From the NCBI GenBank assembly GCA_965240325.2, contig OZ251232.1, positions 1,798,001-1,862,000 of the forward strand: DNA of 64,000 bases, written 5' to 3'. The stretch is from Rebecca billardiae RCC1528. Lineage: Eukaryota > Protista > Haptophyta. Below the pieces are notes generated by a model. That model did no database searches, had not been told where the DNA came from, and saw only the letters and a program-made list of their open reading frames with translations. Positions 11,301 to 21,452 of this stretch are shown piece by piece. Each line of letters begins with the position of its first letter. The stretch's first letter is position 1. The position numbers and the translations under genes are program-made.

Positions 11301-13965
11301 CCCATCGCGGTGGACGCGATGGGCTAGGTCGCTACTTTCGGCGCGCCATTGCCCAGGCCGTTCAAGCGAGCACCACCGAGCTGATAGCTGGAGCGACTGC
11401 CGCCGCCCGTCGTGGTACTGTACTGCTGCTTGCTGCTGCAGCATCAACAGCGCCGCTACTACTATTACCAGCAGCGCTGGGCGCGTGTATCCGAAGCAGC
11501 ACCGTACTGTATTGATGGCCCTGCCGTCTGAGTAGGGGAACATGCCAGTAGCTCGCATGCACCAGGATTGCAGTCCATGCCAGTACTGCCTCGCCGAGTA
11601 GAGTAGTAGGACCTCATCTGCTCACACAGCTGTGGCGCTGCCGTCTCCTTGCTGTCACGCGCAGAGCAAGTCGAGAAGTGTCTGGCGACCACCGATGCCA
11701 GTGCTGCGCCGACAGGTAGATGTCCACCACCCGGCCGCGCCCGTAGCATGGGCGATGGTGAGATGAGTGCAGCACAGCGCACAGCTACGAGCAAGGGTGA
11801 CGTGCGACGGTGTGGAGGCACGCGTGCTGGCGGCATGCTCCGAGCCCCGTGCTGCGTGCCCCCGGCTGCTTCTCGCCCTTGGTCGTCTCCTCGTCGATGC
11901 CCTCCTCCCCCGTACGCGTGAGCTCTGCGACGCCATCGGGCCAGCCCACCAGCGAACCGTGGGCGTGGCGCCCCGGCTGACGGCTGGCTGCCATCGCAAG
12001 CCACACACGCCTGCACTCGACAACTGGGCCGCCTGAGCCCTGTTGCCGCGTGCACGGCCACATTGTCAAGATCACTACGTACTGTTGAACCAAGTGTGCA
12101 CGTTAAATCTTACTACGTACTGTATCATAGTAAACTGTAGATCAGTACAGTACTTCCTTGCCATGGGACTTGAGCTCGGTGGGCGCCCACGCCCCACGCG
12201 GCGAGGGCGACGACGGGCGTACACGGGGCCTGCGGTGGCGGGAAGCGCGCGGACGCGGCCGAGAACATCACGGTCCGGACGCCTCTCGCCAGCCGCGGAC
12301 ACGCACCGCGCCTCCTCCTTGCAGTTGCACGCTGCTACTTCATCTCGGCCGCCACACGGTGGTTTTGCTGCCGACCGGCTCAAGTTCCACGGCTGGTCAC
12401 GATTGGGCGTGCGACCTCGCCACTGGTGCTTGCAAGAAGGTACACGAGTTGGTTGAACTCCCGCGCACCCGCTCTGCGCTCGTCGACGCCTTCTGACGGT
12501 GACTCGGGGTGCATGCGGGGCAGTGGAATGCAGTGGGTCCGGGCATTGACTCCCAGTCGTCCAGAGCGCAGGCCACGTAGCGCGGATGTGGTGCGCACAT
12601 GGCCCGGTAATGCGGTCGCGCCATGTCTGACTGGTCTGCCCAAGGCCTGCGGCACCGCGAAACGAGCGCTCGGGAGCGCGTGACGAGCGTGCCAGCCACG
12701 TCGAGGTGGGCCACTTCGCTGGGAAATGTGCCGAGGCTCAAGTTCCACCGAACGCTCCGTACACCAAAGCCCAAGCCCACCGAGGGCGTTGGTTGGTTGG
12801 TCCAACTATCAGCAGACCATCCGATTCCATCCAAGCGCAACAGCACTCGCCGCCGCCGGTGATGGGCGGTTGCCGGGGCGCGCGCCGTCAACGGGCGTCC
12901 GAGGCGCTGCGCACGCGTGCATGCCGGTAGCAGGTGCGGAGACGGCGACGACGAGCGAAGCGCGCGAGGTGGAGAGGGGCGCAGTAGCTTCCAACAGCAG
13001 CGCCACCGGGCGCGCCGCCGTCGCGCGCACCGCAGCGCCCGCAGCGCCTTTACGCCGTCGGTGCGCCCCAAGGCACCCCCATCAGCCATCACCGGTGTCC
13101 ACCAACGATCACTCAACAGACCAGGGCTCTGTCGAGAGGCCGCCAAGGTCCGACCGACTCAACAGAGCATTCTTCTGTCGAGTCCAGCTGGCCTCCAAGC
13201 TCAACTCAACAGAGCCTGGGCCCTGTTGTCGAGCCCACCCCCCCCCCTCGCCGATCGGCCAACTCAACAGAACATCCTTCTGTTGAGTTGGCCGAAAAGC
13301 GCCAAACCGGGTTGCAATGACAGCGATCGATCGATGAAAGGGATATCCGATCCGATACTGCACGTTGACGGTAAATGGATATCAGTGAACTGCAACTACT
13401 CATTCTATATTATTTGACGACACAGGTATCATAAGGCCTCTATACCCCCATGGTGGTATTCATACTGCGCTTCTTCGTGAGAGTTGCGTTGAAGATTTGA
13501 GGGTGTCAGATTTCGATCTCCGAAAAAATCTGATGACGATGTTCTTCTCGTCGACCTGAGAATAGTCTGCCTTCGCACCTGTACTCTTGATGAGGTCTGC
13601 TTTTCCATATGGCGGGCCGTTTATACTATCATAGTATCATACATTCTCAAGACAATTGTCAATCAACGAGATCATCAAACATGTACTCTCTTTTAATACT
13701 CTCGTCTCAATATGTACTCAGTCGTCGTTCCTGCGCGAATCATGATATTGACGTAGTACTTTTGAAGGCGCCACGGCGCGGGTTCGAAGCGCCATCTAGC
13801 CAACTGAAGGAATATAAAGGGGGGGCTACCGGCGCGTACTCAAGGTGGGTGCGCAGCCGCCCCGCCGCCGGGCCGGGACTTAAATTAATTTACATGGCCC
13901 GGCGTCGGGGCTGCCGAGCGCTTTGCAGTTCGCGATCGCCTGGCAAGCAGGCACGAGGAGGCGTG

Positions 13966-15828
13966 ATGATCAAGCGCACCACCATCGCCGGCGCGGCGTG
14001 CACGCTCGCTCTCGCAGCGATGGCGTGCGCGCTCGTCCTCGCGCTCGTCTCGAGCGGCCGCCCTGCGGCAATCGGTACGCCGCTGCCTGCTCCCCTCCCA
14101 CCACGGCCATGCACTCCGCGGCGCGGCGCGCGGCGTCAGCGCTGTCCGACCACCCGCCGCGCTCGCGCCGCGCCGTACGTCGTGCTGGCTCTGATACCGC
14201 GCTCGCGCGTGGCGCCGCGCCGCTGCGCGCAGGTGCCGACGCATCTGCCCCGGCCGTAACGCTGTACCCTGTTCATCCGGGGAACCACACCTGGGCGGAC
14301 GAGCACCACCCCGTCACCGATCCCGAGGCCGGATGGATCCCACCAAACATCACGGATGATCCTCCCCCTGAGAACGCCCTTCACCTGGAGAAGGCATCGC
14401 GCAATCTGGAGAAAGGCTACCACAATACCGGTGGTACGAGCGCGCACGTGCGCGGCCCGAGCCCCCGCACGCGTCCGGGGCCACGAGGCCGTGCGCTCGC
14501 TCAGTCGCTCGGTGCGCTGCAGTGGCCAATCGCCTGCGCTCTGCGAGTCTGACGCGCGCAAGCGGCCCGCTCGCCCACCGTGCGTGCCGCGCGCAGCATG
14601 GGAATACTGCTGCCACAAGGACCACCACGCCCAGGGCATTCTCGACCCGTCAAAGACTTACGAGATCTGGTTCGGCGTGCGCTTCGAGACCGCCACTACT
14701 GAGATTCGTGAGGACATGCCGAGTACGTTCATCACGGTCGCTGGGTCGACGGACGTCTGGTGCACGCACGATGTCTTCAAGATCAATGACCTCGCGCCCG
14801 GCCACAACAAGATCTGCAAGTACCGGGTGGTCCCGCCGAGGGGCTTGGCCGAGAGCTGGGTGATCGCACAATCCCCCAACAACGACGCCTACGACTACCG
14901 CGGCTACTGGCGAGCGTATGGTCAAATCTACGAGGTCAAGATCGGGCCGCAGGGTGGGCCGTACACCTACAACGTATGCGCTGCTCCGCGCGCGCGCCCA
15001 AGCGAGCTGTAGCTGTGGCGCACCCGCGCTGCATTCGGCGCGTGCGCACGGCGCCTGCGCCGCCCGGCAGCCGCCGCCGCCGCCCGCAATGCTCCTCACA
15101 CGTGCGCGCCACTACACGCGCCCTCGCGGCCGCCGCCGCCATCGCGCGCGCAGTTCGTCGGTGCGCCGACGGGCGCGGTCAACCCGGAGTATGGCTACGA
15201 TGTGACTGGGGCCTGGTGGGCGTGTACGAAGAACTTCCTGCAGGACATGGCCCACCACATGAGCGCCTATGAGTTCTGCAGTGGCTACCGCGCGGCACCG
15301 TGGAGCAAGCTGCACTTCCACCCGTGCCGCGGGGATGCCTGCCTCGTGCAGCCTGACGTCAAGAAGTGGGTGATGGCTATCCAGGGCGTGTCCAACTCGA
15401 ACTATTACGCCGGTGAGTACATCGTCTACCGTGTCATGATGGGCCCCTACGCTCCGTGCGAGCCCCACGGACCCAATGGCTACCAGTTCATGCTCGACCA
15501 CCAGGCCAACTTCCCGAGCTGGGTACAGTCGTACCGCTGCGCCTGGGCGCCGATCGTGGAGAAGACCGATTGCCAGCTTTACTGCGACCATACTGGGTGC
15601 AACGATGGCGCCTGGATGCAGTGTCTGGAGAACGAGCTCATTGAGTTCCAGCGAGGCCTGCAGCACCAACTCCAGATTTGGAAGGATATGGCAGACGACC
15701 TGCAGCGCGCCTTCTACTCTGAGAACCCCATCATCCAGGGCGGCTTCCAGCTGTACGACTACGCCAGTGGCTTTATTTCTGACATGGTGGACTGGTTTCC
15801 CAATGCCTTTTCCTTCCTCGGCTTCTAG
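13966..15828 (+). CDS. Uncharacterised secreted/type II membrane protein, ~450 aa, 4 exons (13966-14074, 14233-14433, 14597-14973, 15154-15828)
   Basis: N-terminal hydrophobic segment TTIAGAACTLALAAMACALVLALVSS. Three GT..GCGCAG introns join ORF-track frames 13609, 13923, 14356 and 15202 with compatible phases. The product is a Cys/Trp/Tyr-rich globular-looking sequence. Confidence 0.8.
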
Positions 15829-16426
15829 AGCGCCGTGGCGACCAACTACTGTCCACGGATGAGCACCAACCGCATGAGTGAATGATGGCATGCGCGCTGT
15901 GGCACAGTGCCAAATCCCATCTCCCACAAGTGCCTGAACGAGTCCTCTGCAACCGCAAGGCCAACTACTGCACCGTCCACCACTTGCTCGGAACCCAGTC
16001 CACAACGGTAAGGCCAAGTACTACTAACTACCACATCATCCGATCCGCACGGGCTGCTGACGACAAGTAGGCGACTCCCTTGACGACACCAACATGCGCA
16101 CCCGTCTTTGACAGTTTGGTACGACCTACTTCCTGCCGGCCTGACGACTGTCCGCCTGTCGACAACATCCACTCCAGCTGGCGACCATAAGCGCCAACGT
16201 GCTCACAGACCACGATTCACTGCCTCAAGCTTCGACCAGTACGACGACAGACCGCGAATCATGAGCTGAGAGCTGCGCCCGCTCGTGCCTGTGTCTATTT
16301 TAAACGAAAGTATATATATATATTCATATAATTATAAGATAGATATATATATATAGATCGATATATGCATGCAATAGATGATGAATTATAGCATGTATCA
16401 TCATCAGACGGCCGGCCAAGTTACAG

Positions 16427-17038
16427 CAGGTGGATACGGGCTAACTGGACACAGGGGCTATCTGGACACTCAGCGGGCGGCGGGCCTCGTGGCGAGGGCT
16501 CGTGGGCGAACGAGCACGAGCGCCCACTGGCGGGTGGCCACGACGGCGCACGATGTTCGTTGAACTCACCTGGTCGTGAGACGTCGTCTGCGCACGCGCC
16601 AGGTCGCGCTTCTCGCCGCCTTCGCCTTGTTTCGTGAGTCCCGCGCACAACGGCGAACGCCAGCGTAGTTCAAGCCGCAAGGCGCGTGCGCGGACTCAGG
16701 AAGGGCGGACTCCGAGGCAAGGCGCGGTTGCGCTGGCGTGGGTAGGTCTCAGAGCAACCGTCCGAGCCGCTGCACACGCTTTTTCTCCGCGCGCGCGTCT
16801 CTGAGCTCGATTCCCATGCCTCAGCCATCAGTGCCAGGGGCTAATTGGACAGTGCCATTGCGGCCGCCACGCGCGGAGACGGGCCCGCAGCGCAGAAAGC
16901 GCGCCTGCGGCGGAACTCCAGGGACCCCCTGAAGTCCGTCCCTGGCGCCCCTTCGACCCCCATGCTCCCAGGGAGGCCTCCGCGTGAGTTGGGTCGGCCA
17001 CTGTCCAGATCACCCGTACGTAACCCGTACTCCACCTG
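16427..17038. mobile_element. Candidate MITE (~610 bp) between two (TA)n tracts
   Basis: Left caggtggatacgggcta versus right end reverse complement caggtggagtacgggtta. Repeated gggcta.(c/t)tggaca motifs near the left end and internally. TA follows the right end. Confidence 0.5.
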
Positions 17039-17198
17039 TAATCATAATATATATATATATATATATATAGACGTACTAATAGAGAGTCAATAATTAAAGA
17101 CGACGACCCTGCTGCTTCTTATTATTATATAATGCGTCTTATTCGGTCTTATTTATTAAATTGTGACACCGGATGCTGATGGCAACGCTAGATATTCG

Positions 17199-20100
17199 TC
17201 AAGCGGCAGACGATGATGCGCTGCTGATGATGAGCAGCAGCATCGTCGTGGCGTTGCCTGCTGTCTGTGACGAGCGGGCCATCGTCAGCTGTTCGGCAGC
17301 AGCGCAGCAGGCGGCGGCAGAGGCATCGACGCGGCTGCTGGCTAAGGTGTCCACTCCTTTGGGCTTGTCGTCCGGCGACTGCGGCTGTGGGCAATATCGC
17401 CGCCAATGCGCTGGGCTCGCCGCCGCGTCCTCGGAGAGCGGCTCGAGCACGCGCAGCTCGTGCGTGGCGTGCCCGTACCCGCCCGCGTGCGCCTCGACGG
17501 CCAACGCAAAGACGCCCGCCGTCACCACGCTCGACCGCTGCCCCGCGCGCGCGCGCTGTTGCCACCCCGCGCCGGCAGCGCCCGCGCCAAGCAGCGAGCC
17601 GATGCCCTCGCTCGAGCGCGCCTGCTGCAGGTCGCCCAGCAGGCCCGCGATGACGCGCACGCCGCACTGCGCCGCGTACTGCACCGCTCGAGCGTCGGCG
17701 GGCGCGTGCGTCAGCCTGTGCACCACGAGCACGTGCGGCTGGTGCGCGCTCAGCGCGGCGGTCAGCACGCTCGGCTGCGCGTCGAGCGAGGCTGGCCGCG
17801 CCACCCGCGCGCGGCCGATGCCGCCGTGCGCGTTGAGGCTGCTGCTGCCCGCGAGCTCGCCCACCGAGTCGATGACGAGCACGCGCTGCTCCGCCGACAG
17901 CTCGCGCGCCGCGTCTCGCAGCAGGTCGGCCGCCGCCGCGAGCGGCGCGCCGCGCGGTGAGAGCACGAGGATCGATGGCGCGTCCGCGCGGTGCAGCAGG
18001 TCATGGATCAAGCCGGCGCTGCCGCGCACGCAGTGGCCGGGGCGGATGGTGAGACCCAGGCACACGCTCGGGTCGTGCGGCGCGCGCAGCTGGCCCACGC
18101 AGTGCGGATAGCCGCCGCCGCCGCCGAGCGTGCCCGCGCCGGGCGCCGCGTGCGCAGGCGCGGCGCGCGCCACGCCGCCGCCGCTCGCTTCCAGCGCCGC
18201 GACGATGGCGGCGAGCTCGTCCGCCATCAGCGGCGGCTTCTCGTCGTGCGCGACGGGCGTGCTCGAGCCGAGCGCGCCCGCGTCGCCTGCGTCGGTCGAG
18301 ACGCGCTCGTCGTCCGCCCAGAAGCAGGGCGCCGTGCCCACGTCCAGCTCGACCAGGGTGACGACGCGCGGCGCGGCGCGCGCGCTGCCGCGCTGCCACC
18401 ACGGGCCGTCTCGCGCCGCGCGGACGCACGCCTGCTTGAGCTGCGCGCGCAGGAGAGGCGGCATGAGCTGCGCAAGCGCCGCCATGTCGGCTGGCCGATG
18501 CTCGAGCGCCGCATGCACCATCTCCGCAGGCCGAGTGCGCCGCAGCAGCTCGGGGCTGGCGAGCGCGCACGCGCGGCCCTTGTCAAAGCACGCGGGGCGC
18601 GCGCCCTGGTGCCGGATGCCCTCGGCCATGCGCTCGCCCGTGGCGGCGATCAGCGTGGCCAGGCGCTCGGCCGAGCCGTCGCGTTGCTCGCTCGCCATGC
18701 GCACGAGGCGCGTGCCACAGCGCAAGAGCTGCCGCGCGCGCTCCGTGCATCGCGCGACGACGCTGCTCGGGAGCGGGCGCGCGCCGGGCTGCCCGAGCCC
18801 GCCGGACGCCGCGCCGCCGGCCGCGGCGTGCGCCGTGGCCGGGCCGAAGGGCGAGAACGCCATCAGATGGTCGGCGTGGCGCGCTTGGTGCGGCGACGAG
18901 GGCGGCAGCTCGTCGCCCAGCAGCCGCGAGACCCCGTCGAGCGTCGGCGGCGCCTCGCCCAGCAGCAGCTCCGCCGCCAGCTGCACGTCGAGGGCGCGGC
19001 CGATGCACACGCCGCCGTGCGCCGAGAGCGCGTGCGCCTGCGAGTGCGCGCCGTGCATCAGCTTCACGTCGTGCGCGCCCACAAGCGCGGGCCACAGCTT
19101 CCTGAAGGCGTTCTCGGCGCCGAGCGTGAGCACGTCGACGATGTACGCGCCGTGCTGCGTCGCGAGCAGCACGAGCTCGACGGCGCTGCTCGTCGCGCTC
19201 AGCTCGAGCGCGAGCCAGCCGCCAGGCCCGGCGCCGCCCGAGCCGCCGGCCAGCAGCGGGTCGGCGGCAATGGCTGCCTCGAGCGCCTCGGCCGTGTCGA
19301 GGAGCCATGCGGGGTGTGCCGACTCGGCGTACGTCGCCGAACCCGCCGCGTGCCCGTCCGCCTCCACACCAAACGGTAGTGGCAGGGACGGCGGTGGCGG
19401 TGGGCGCGCCGCTGCTCCTGGCGGTCGCTCGGGTGCCACGGCCACGGGCGGTGCGGCCGGCTGCGGAGCGAGTGGCGGCGGCGGAGGCCGTGTCGCTCCG
19501 GCTTGCTGCGAAGGCTGCGGGGGCGACGGTGGCGGCGCCGGTGCTTGCGGCCCCGGCTGCAGCGTGGGCATTGGCTGCAGTGTCGGCTGCGGCGTCGGCT
19601 GCAGCGGCGGCTGTGGCTGCGACGTTGGCTGCAGCGGCGGCTGTGGCTGTGTCGGCGGCTGTGTCGGCGGCTGCGTCGGCGGCTGTGGCTGTGTCGGCGG
19701 CTGTGGCTGTGGCTGCGGCGTCGGCTGTGGCTGCGGCGTCGACTGCGGCTGCGATGCCAACAGGGGCCACAGCTGCGACCAGTCCTCCGGTAGCTGCGCT
19801 CCCTTCAGCCGAAGGCGCATCTCCCCGGGGTTGGGCGCCTGCGGGTCCGGCTCCACCACCCAGTCGGCCTGCGCGGCCGCCAGCTGCAGGATCGCCCTCA
19901 GCTTGCCCTTCGCCAGCGGCGCCATCTCGGGCCGTGAGCGGTCAGCCCGGTGCACCAGCGAGCGCACGTCCCACCCGGCAGGACCGTAGGTCTCCGGGAA
20001 GGTGCTCGCCAAGCGCTGCTGCAGCACGCGCATCGGGCAGGTGCCGCCGTGCGCGAGCAGGCACGTCGACACATCTGCGCTGAAGCGCGCCCCGGCGACT

Positions 20101-21272
20101 GGATCGAGGCGCAGTGACGCTGAGCTGCTCTGCGCAGGCCGAGGTGCCTCGGGCGCGAGCACGCCGGCGGGGGGAGCAGGTGGCGCGCTCCCACCGCCGC
20201 GCAGATCCGACCTCAGCTGCGCGGGCCCACCCACCTTGGCCCGGATCTCCGCCAAGTGCCATCTCAGCCTCGTCTTGCCCTCCTCGTCCACGCCCTCGTA
20301 CCGCGTGAAGCCGTGCCGGAGGAAGCCGTAGAGCAGCTCGCCCGGGCTCTTGTGCAGCGGCGGCGAGCAGCTCGAGCGGAGGCTGCGCAGCTCGGCACTC
20401 GCGTCCTCCTTTGTCGCCGGCCAGCACGACCGCGGCTGCAGGCCGAACACGCCCGCAAGGAGCCGGAGCGCGCGGAGCATATCGTCGTCGTCGACGCTGC
20501 CTGCTCGCGCGGGGACGAGCCGCGCGTGCGCCCCCCTACCGGAGCTGGAGCCGTCCTCGAGGACCTCGAAGCGATCGGGATGCGCGCGCAGAAGCTGCTT
20601 CAGCTTGGTCTGCAGAGGAGCCGCGGGGCGCACGCTCGCGCCGATCTCCCTCAGGTGTGGCGCCGGACGCCCGTCGCGCGCCTCGCTTGCGAGGAAGTCC
20701 TCGACGTCATTGAGGAACTTCGCCTCGACGGCCTCGTACGACTGTGCCAGCAGCACGCGAAGCGCGCGCCCGGACCCGAACGGGATCAGCTCGAAGCGGT
20801 CCGGGTACGAGAGGAGCAGCTGCTTCAGCTTGCAGCGCAGCGGACCCGAGGCGCGCACGTGCAAGCCGATCTCGCTGAGGAGCGGCGCTGGGCGCCCGTC
20901 CTCAAGTTCCTTCCAGACAAAGTTCTCGACGTCGTCCACAAACTGCTCCTCGACATCATCGACAAACGTCTGCGCGACAGCCGCAGCGGGAGTATCCTCC
21001 TGACAGCTGCTCTCGCTGCGGCTTTCGAGCATCGAGAGCAGCTCGTCAAGCTCCTTCGCTGCAGCTGTCGACTTCTCTGGCTTTGGCTTGTTCGATGCAC
21101 GAGTTGTCCGCGCGCGCTGCGGCGAGGTCGTCTCGGGAGGAGGCGGTGCCGCGGATGAGACGTCGTGTCGCCCAACGTGCTGCACTCGAAGGACCACCTG
21201 CACTCGCCCACCGGTGACCACGTTCAATCCGAGGAAGGTCATGACCCGAGCACCGTCATGGTCGTCGGCCAT
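17199..21272 (-). CDS. 1357-aa multidomain protein: LOTUS/OST-HTH-like repeats, Pro/Gln linker, degenerate DEDDy 3'-5' exonuclease (EXD1/Egalitarian-like), degenerate Ycf45/SpoIIIAA-type ATPase
   Basis: Uninterrupted ORF. Two repeats F.DDVE.F...L.EIG..VR...KLKQLL...PDRFE. Exonuclease-like motifs LALELS..VELVLLATQHGAYIVDV..VKLMHG..ALDVQLA..RPLP. Ycf45-like motifs LVELDVG, LGLTIRPGH, IHDLL..SILVL, RVLVIDSVGELAG, GIGRAR, HQPHVLVV. Confidence 0.8.
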   Translation of the reverse strand: MADDHDGARVMTFLGLNVVTGGRVQVVLRVQHVGRHDVSSAAPPPPETTSPQRARTTRASNKPKPEKSTAAAKELDELLSMLESRSESSCQEDTPAAAVAQTFVDDVEEQFVDDVENFVWKELEDGRPAPLLSEIGLHVRASGPLRCKLKQLLLSYPDRFELIPFGSGRALRVLLAQSYEAVEAKFLNDVEDFLASEARDGRPAPHLREIGASVRPAAPLQTKLKQLLRAHPDRFEVLEDGSSSGRGAHARLVPARAGSVDDDDMLRALRLLAGVFGLQPRSCWPATKEDASAELRSLRSSCSPPLHKSPGELLYGFLRHGFTRYEGVDEEGKTRLRWHLAEIRAKVGGPAQLRSDLRGGGSAPPAPPAGVLAPEAPRPAQSSSASLRLDPVAGARFSADVSTCLLAHGGTCPMRVLQQRLASTFPETYGPAGWDVRSLVHRADRSRPEMAPLAKGKLRAILQLAAAQADWVVEPDPQAPNPGEMRLRLKGAQLPEDWSQLWPLLASQPQSTPQPQPTPQPQPQPPTQPQPPTQPPTQPPTQPQPPLQPTSQPQPPLQPTPQPTLQPMPTLQPGPQAPAPPPSPPQPSQQAGATRPPPPPLAPQPAAPPVAVAPERPPGAAARPPPPPSLPLPFGVEADGHAAGSATYAESAHPAWLLDTAEALEAAIAADPLLAGGSGGAGPGGWLALELSATSSAVELVLLATQHGAYIVDVLTLGAENAFRKLWPALVGAHDVKLMHGAHSQAHALSAHGGVCIGRALDVQLAAELLLGEAPPTLDGVSRLLGDELPPSSPHQARHADHLMAFSPFGPATAHAAAGGAASGGLGQPGARPLPSSVVARCTERARQLLRCGTRLVRMASEQRDGSAERLATLIAATGERMAEGIRHQGARPACFDKGRACALASPELLRRTRPAEMVHAALEHRPADMAALAQLMPPLLRAQLKQACVRAARDGPWWQRGSARAAPRVVTLVELDVGTAPCFWADDERVSTDAGDAGALGSSTPVAHDEKPPLMADELAAIVAALEASGGGVARAAPAHAAPGAGTLGGGGGYPHCVGQLRAPHDPSVCLGLTIRPGHCVRGSAGLIHDLLHRADAPSILVLSPRGAPLAAAADLLRDAARELSAEQRVLVIDSVGELAGSSSLNAHGGIGRARVARPASLDAQPSVLTAALSAHQPHVLVVHRLTHAPADARAVQYAAQCGVRVIAGLLGDLQQARSSEGIGSLLGAGAAGAGWQQRARAGQRSSVVTAGVFALAVEAHAGGYGHATHELRVLEPLSEDAAASPAHWRRYCPQPQSPDDKPKGVDTLASSRVDASAAACCAAAEQLTMARSSQTAGNATTMLLLIISSASSSAA

Positions 21273-21452
21273 CGTCGGTTCGACTTTCGTGTCGGTTCTG
21301 ATTCAAGTTCAAAAAGTCGTCGCCTCGTCGGCCTTTCGTTCGATGTCCGGCTGATGACAGATGTCCGGTCGAGAGCTCGGGCAGCGTGTTGAGCACGCCA
21401 ACGGCGACATTGATTGAGATCGCTCCCGACCGGCCGCAGGCACGACCGACCG
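21273..21452. promoter_or_regulatory. Putative 180-bp bidirectional promoter between the two paralogues
   Basis: Short lower-GC gap between divergent ATGs at 21272(-) and 21453(+). Confidence 0.45.

Larger units (their letters stand above)
2688..13309. mobile_element. Giant foldback-type non-autonomous element with ~1.7 kb near-identical TIRs, diverged inner arms carrying mirror satellites, and a ~0.8 kb central spacer
   Basis: Ends are cggtttggcgcttttcggcc...ggccgaaaagcgccaaaccg. 2688-2886 plus ~4076-5584 mirror 11615-13309 (identical ORFs 5106..5414+ and 11785..12093-, coordinate sum 17199). No TSD found and no transposase ORF. Confidence 0.8.

Noticed and set aside
5601-11515. Many 200-620 aa Ala/Arg-rich ORFs on both strands
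   Set aside because: Products of the 214-bp satellite. The period is not a multiple of 3 and the same peptides rotate through all frames.
2679-13318. TSD around the giant foldback
   Set aside because: Flanks tgaccaata and ggttgcaat do not match.
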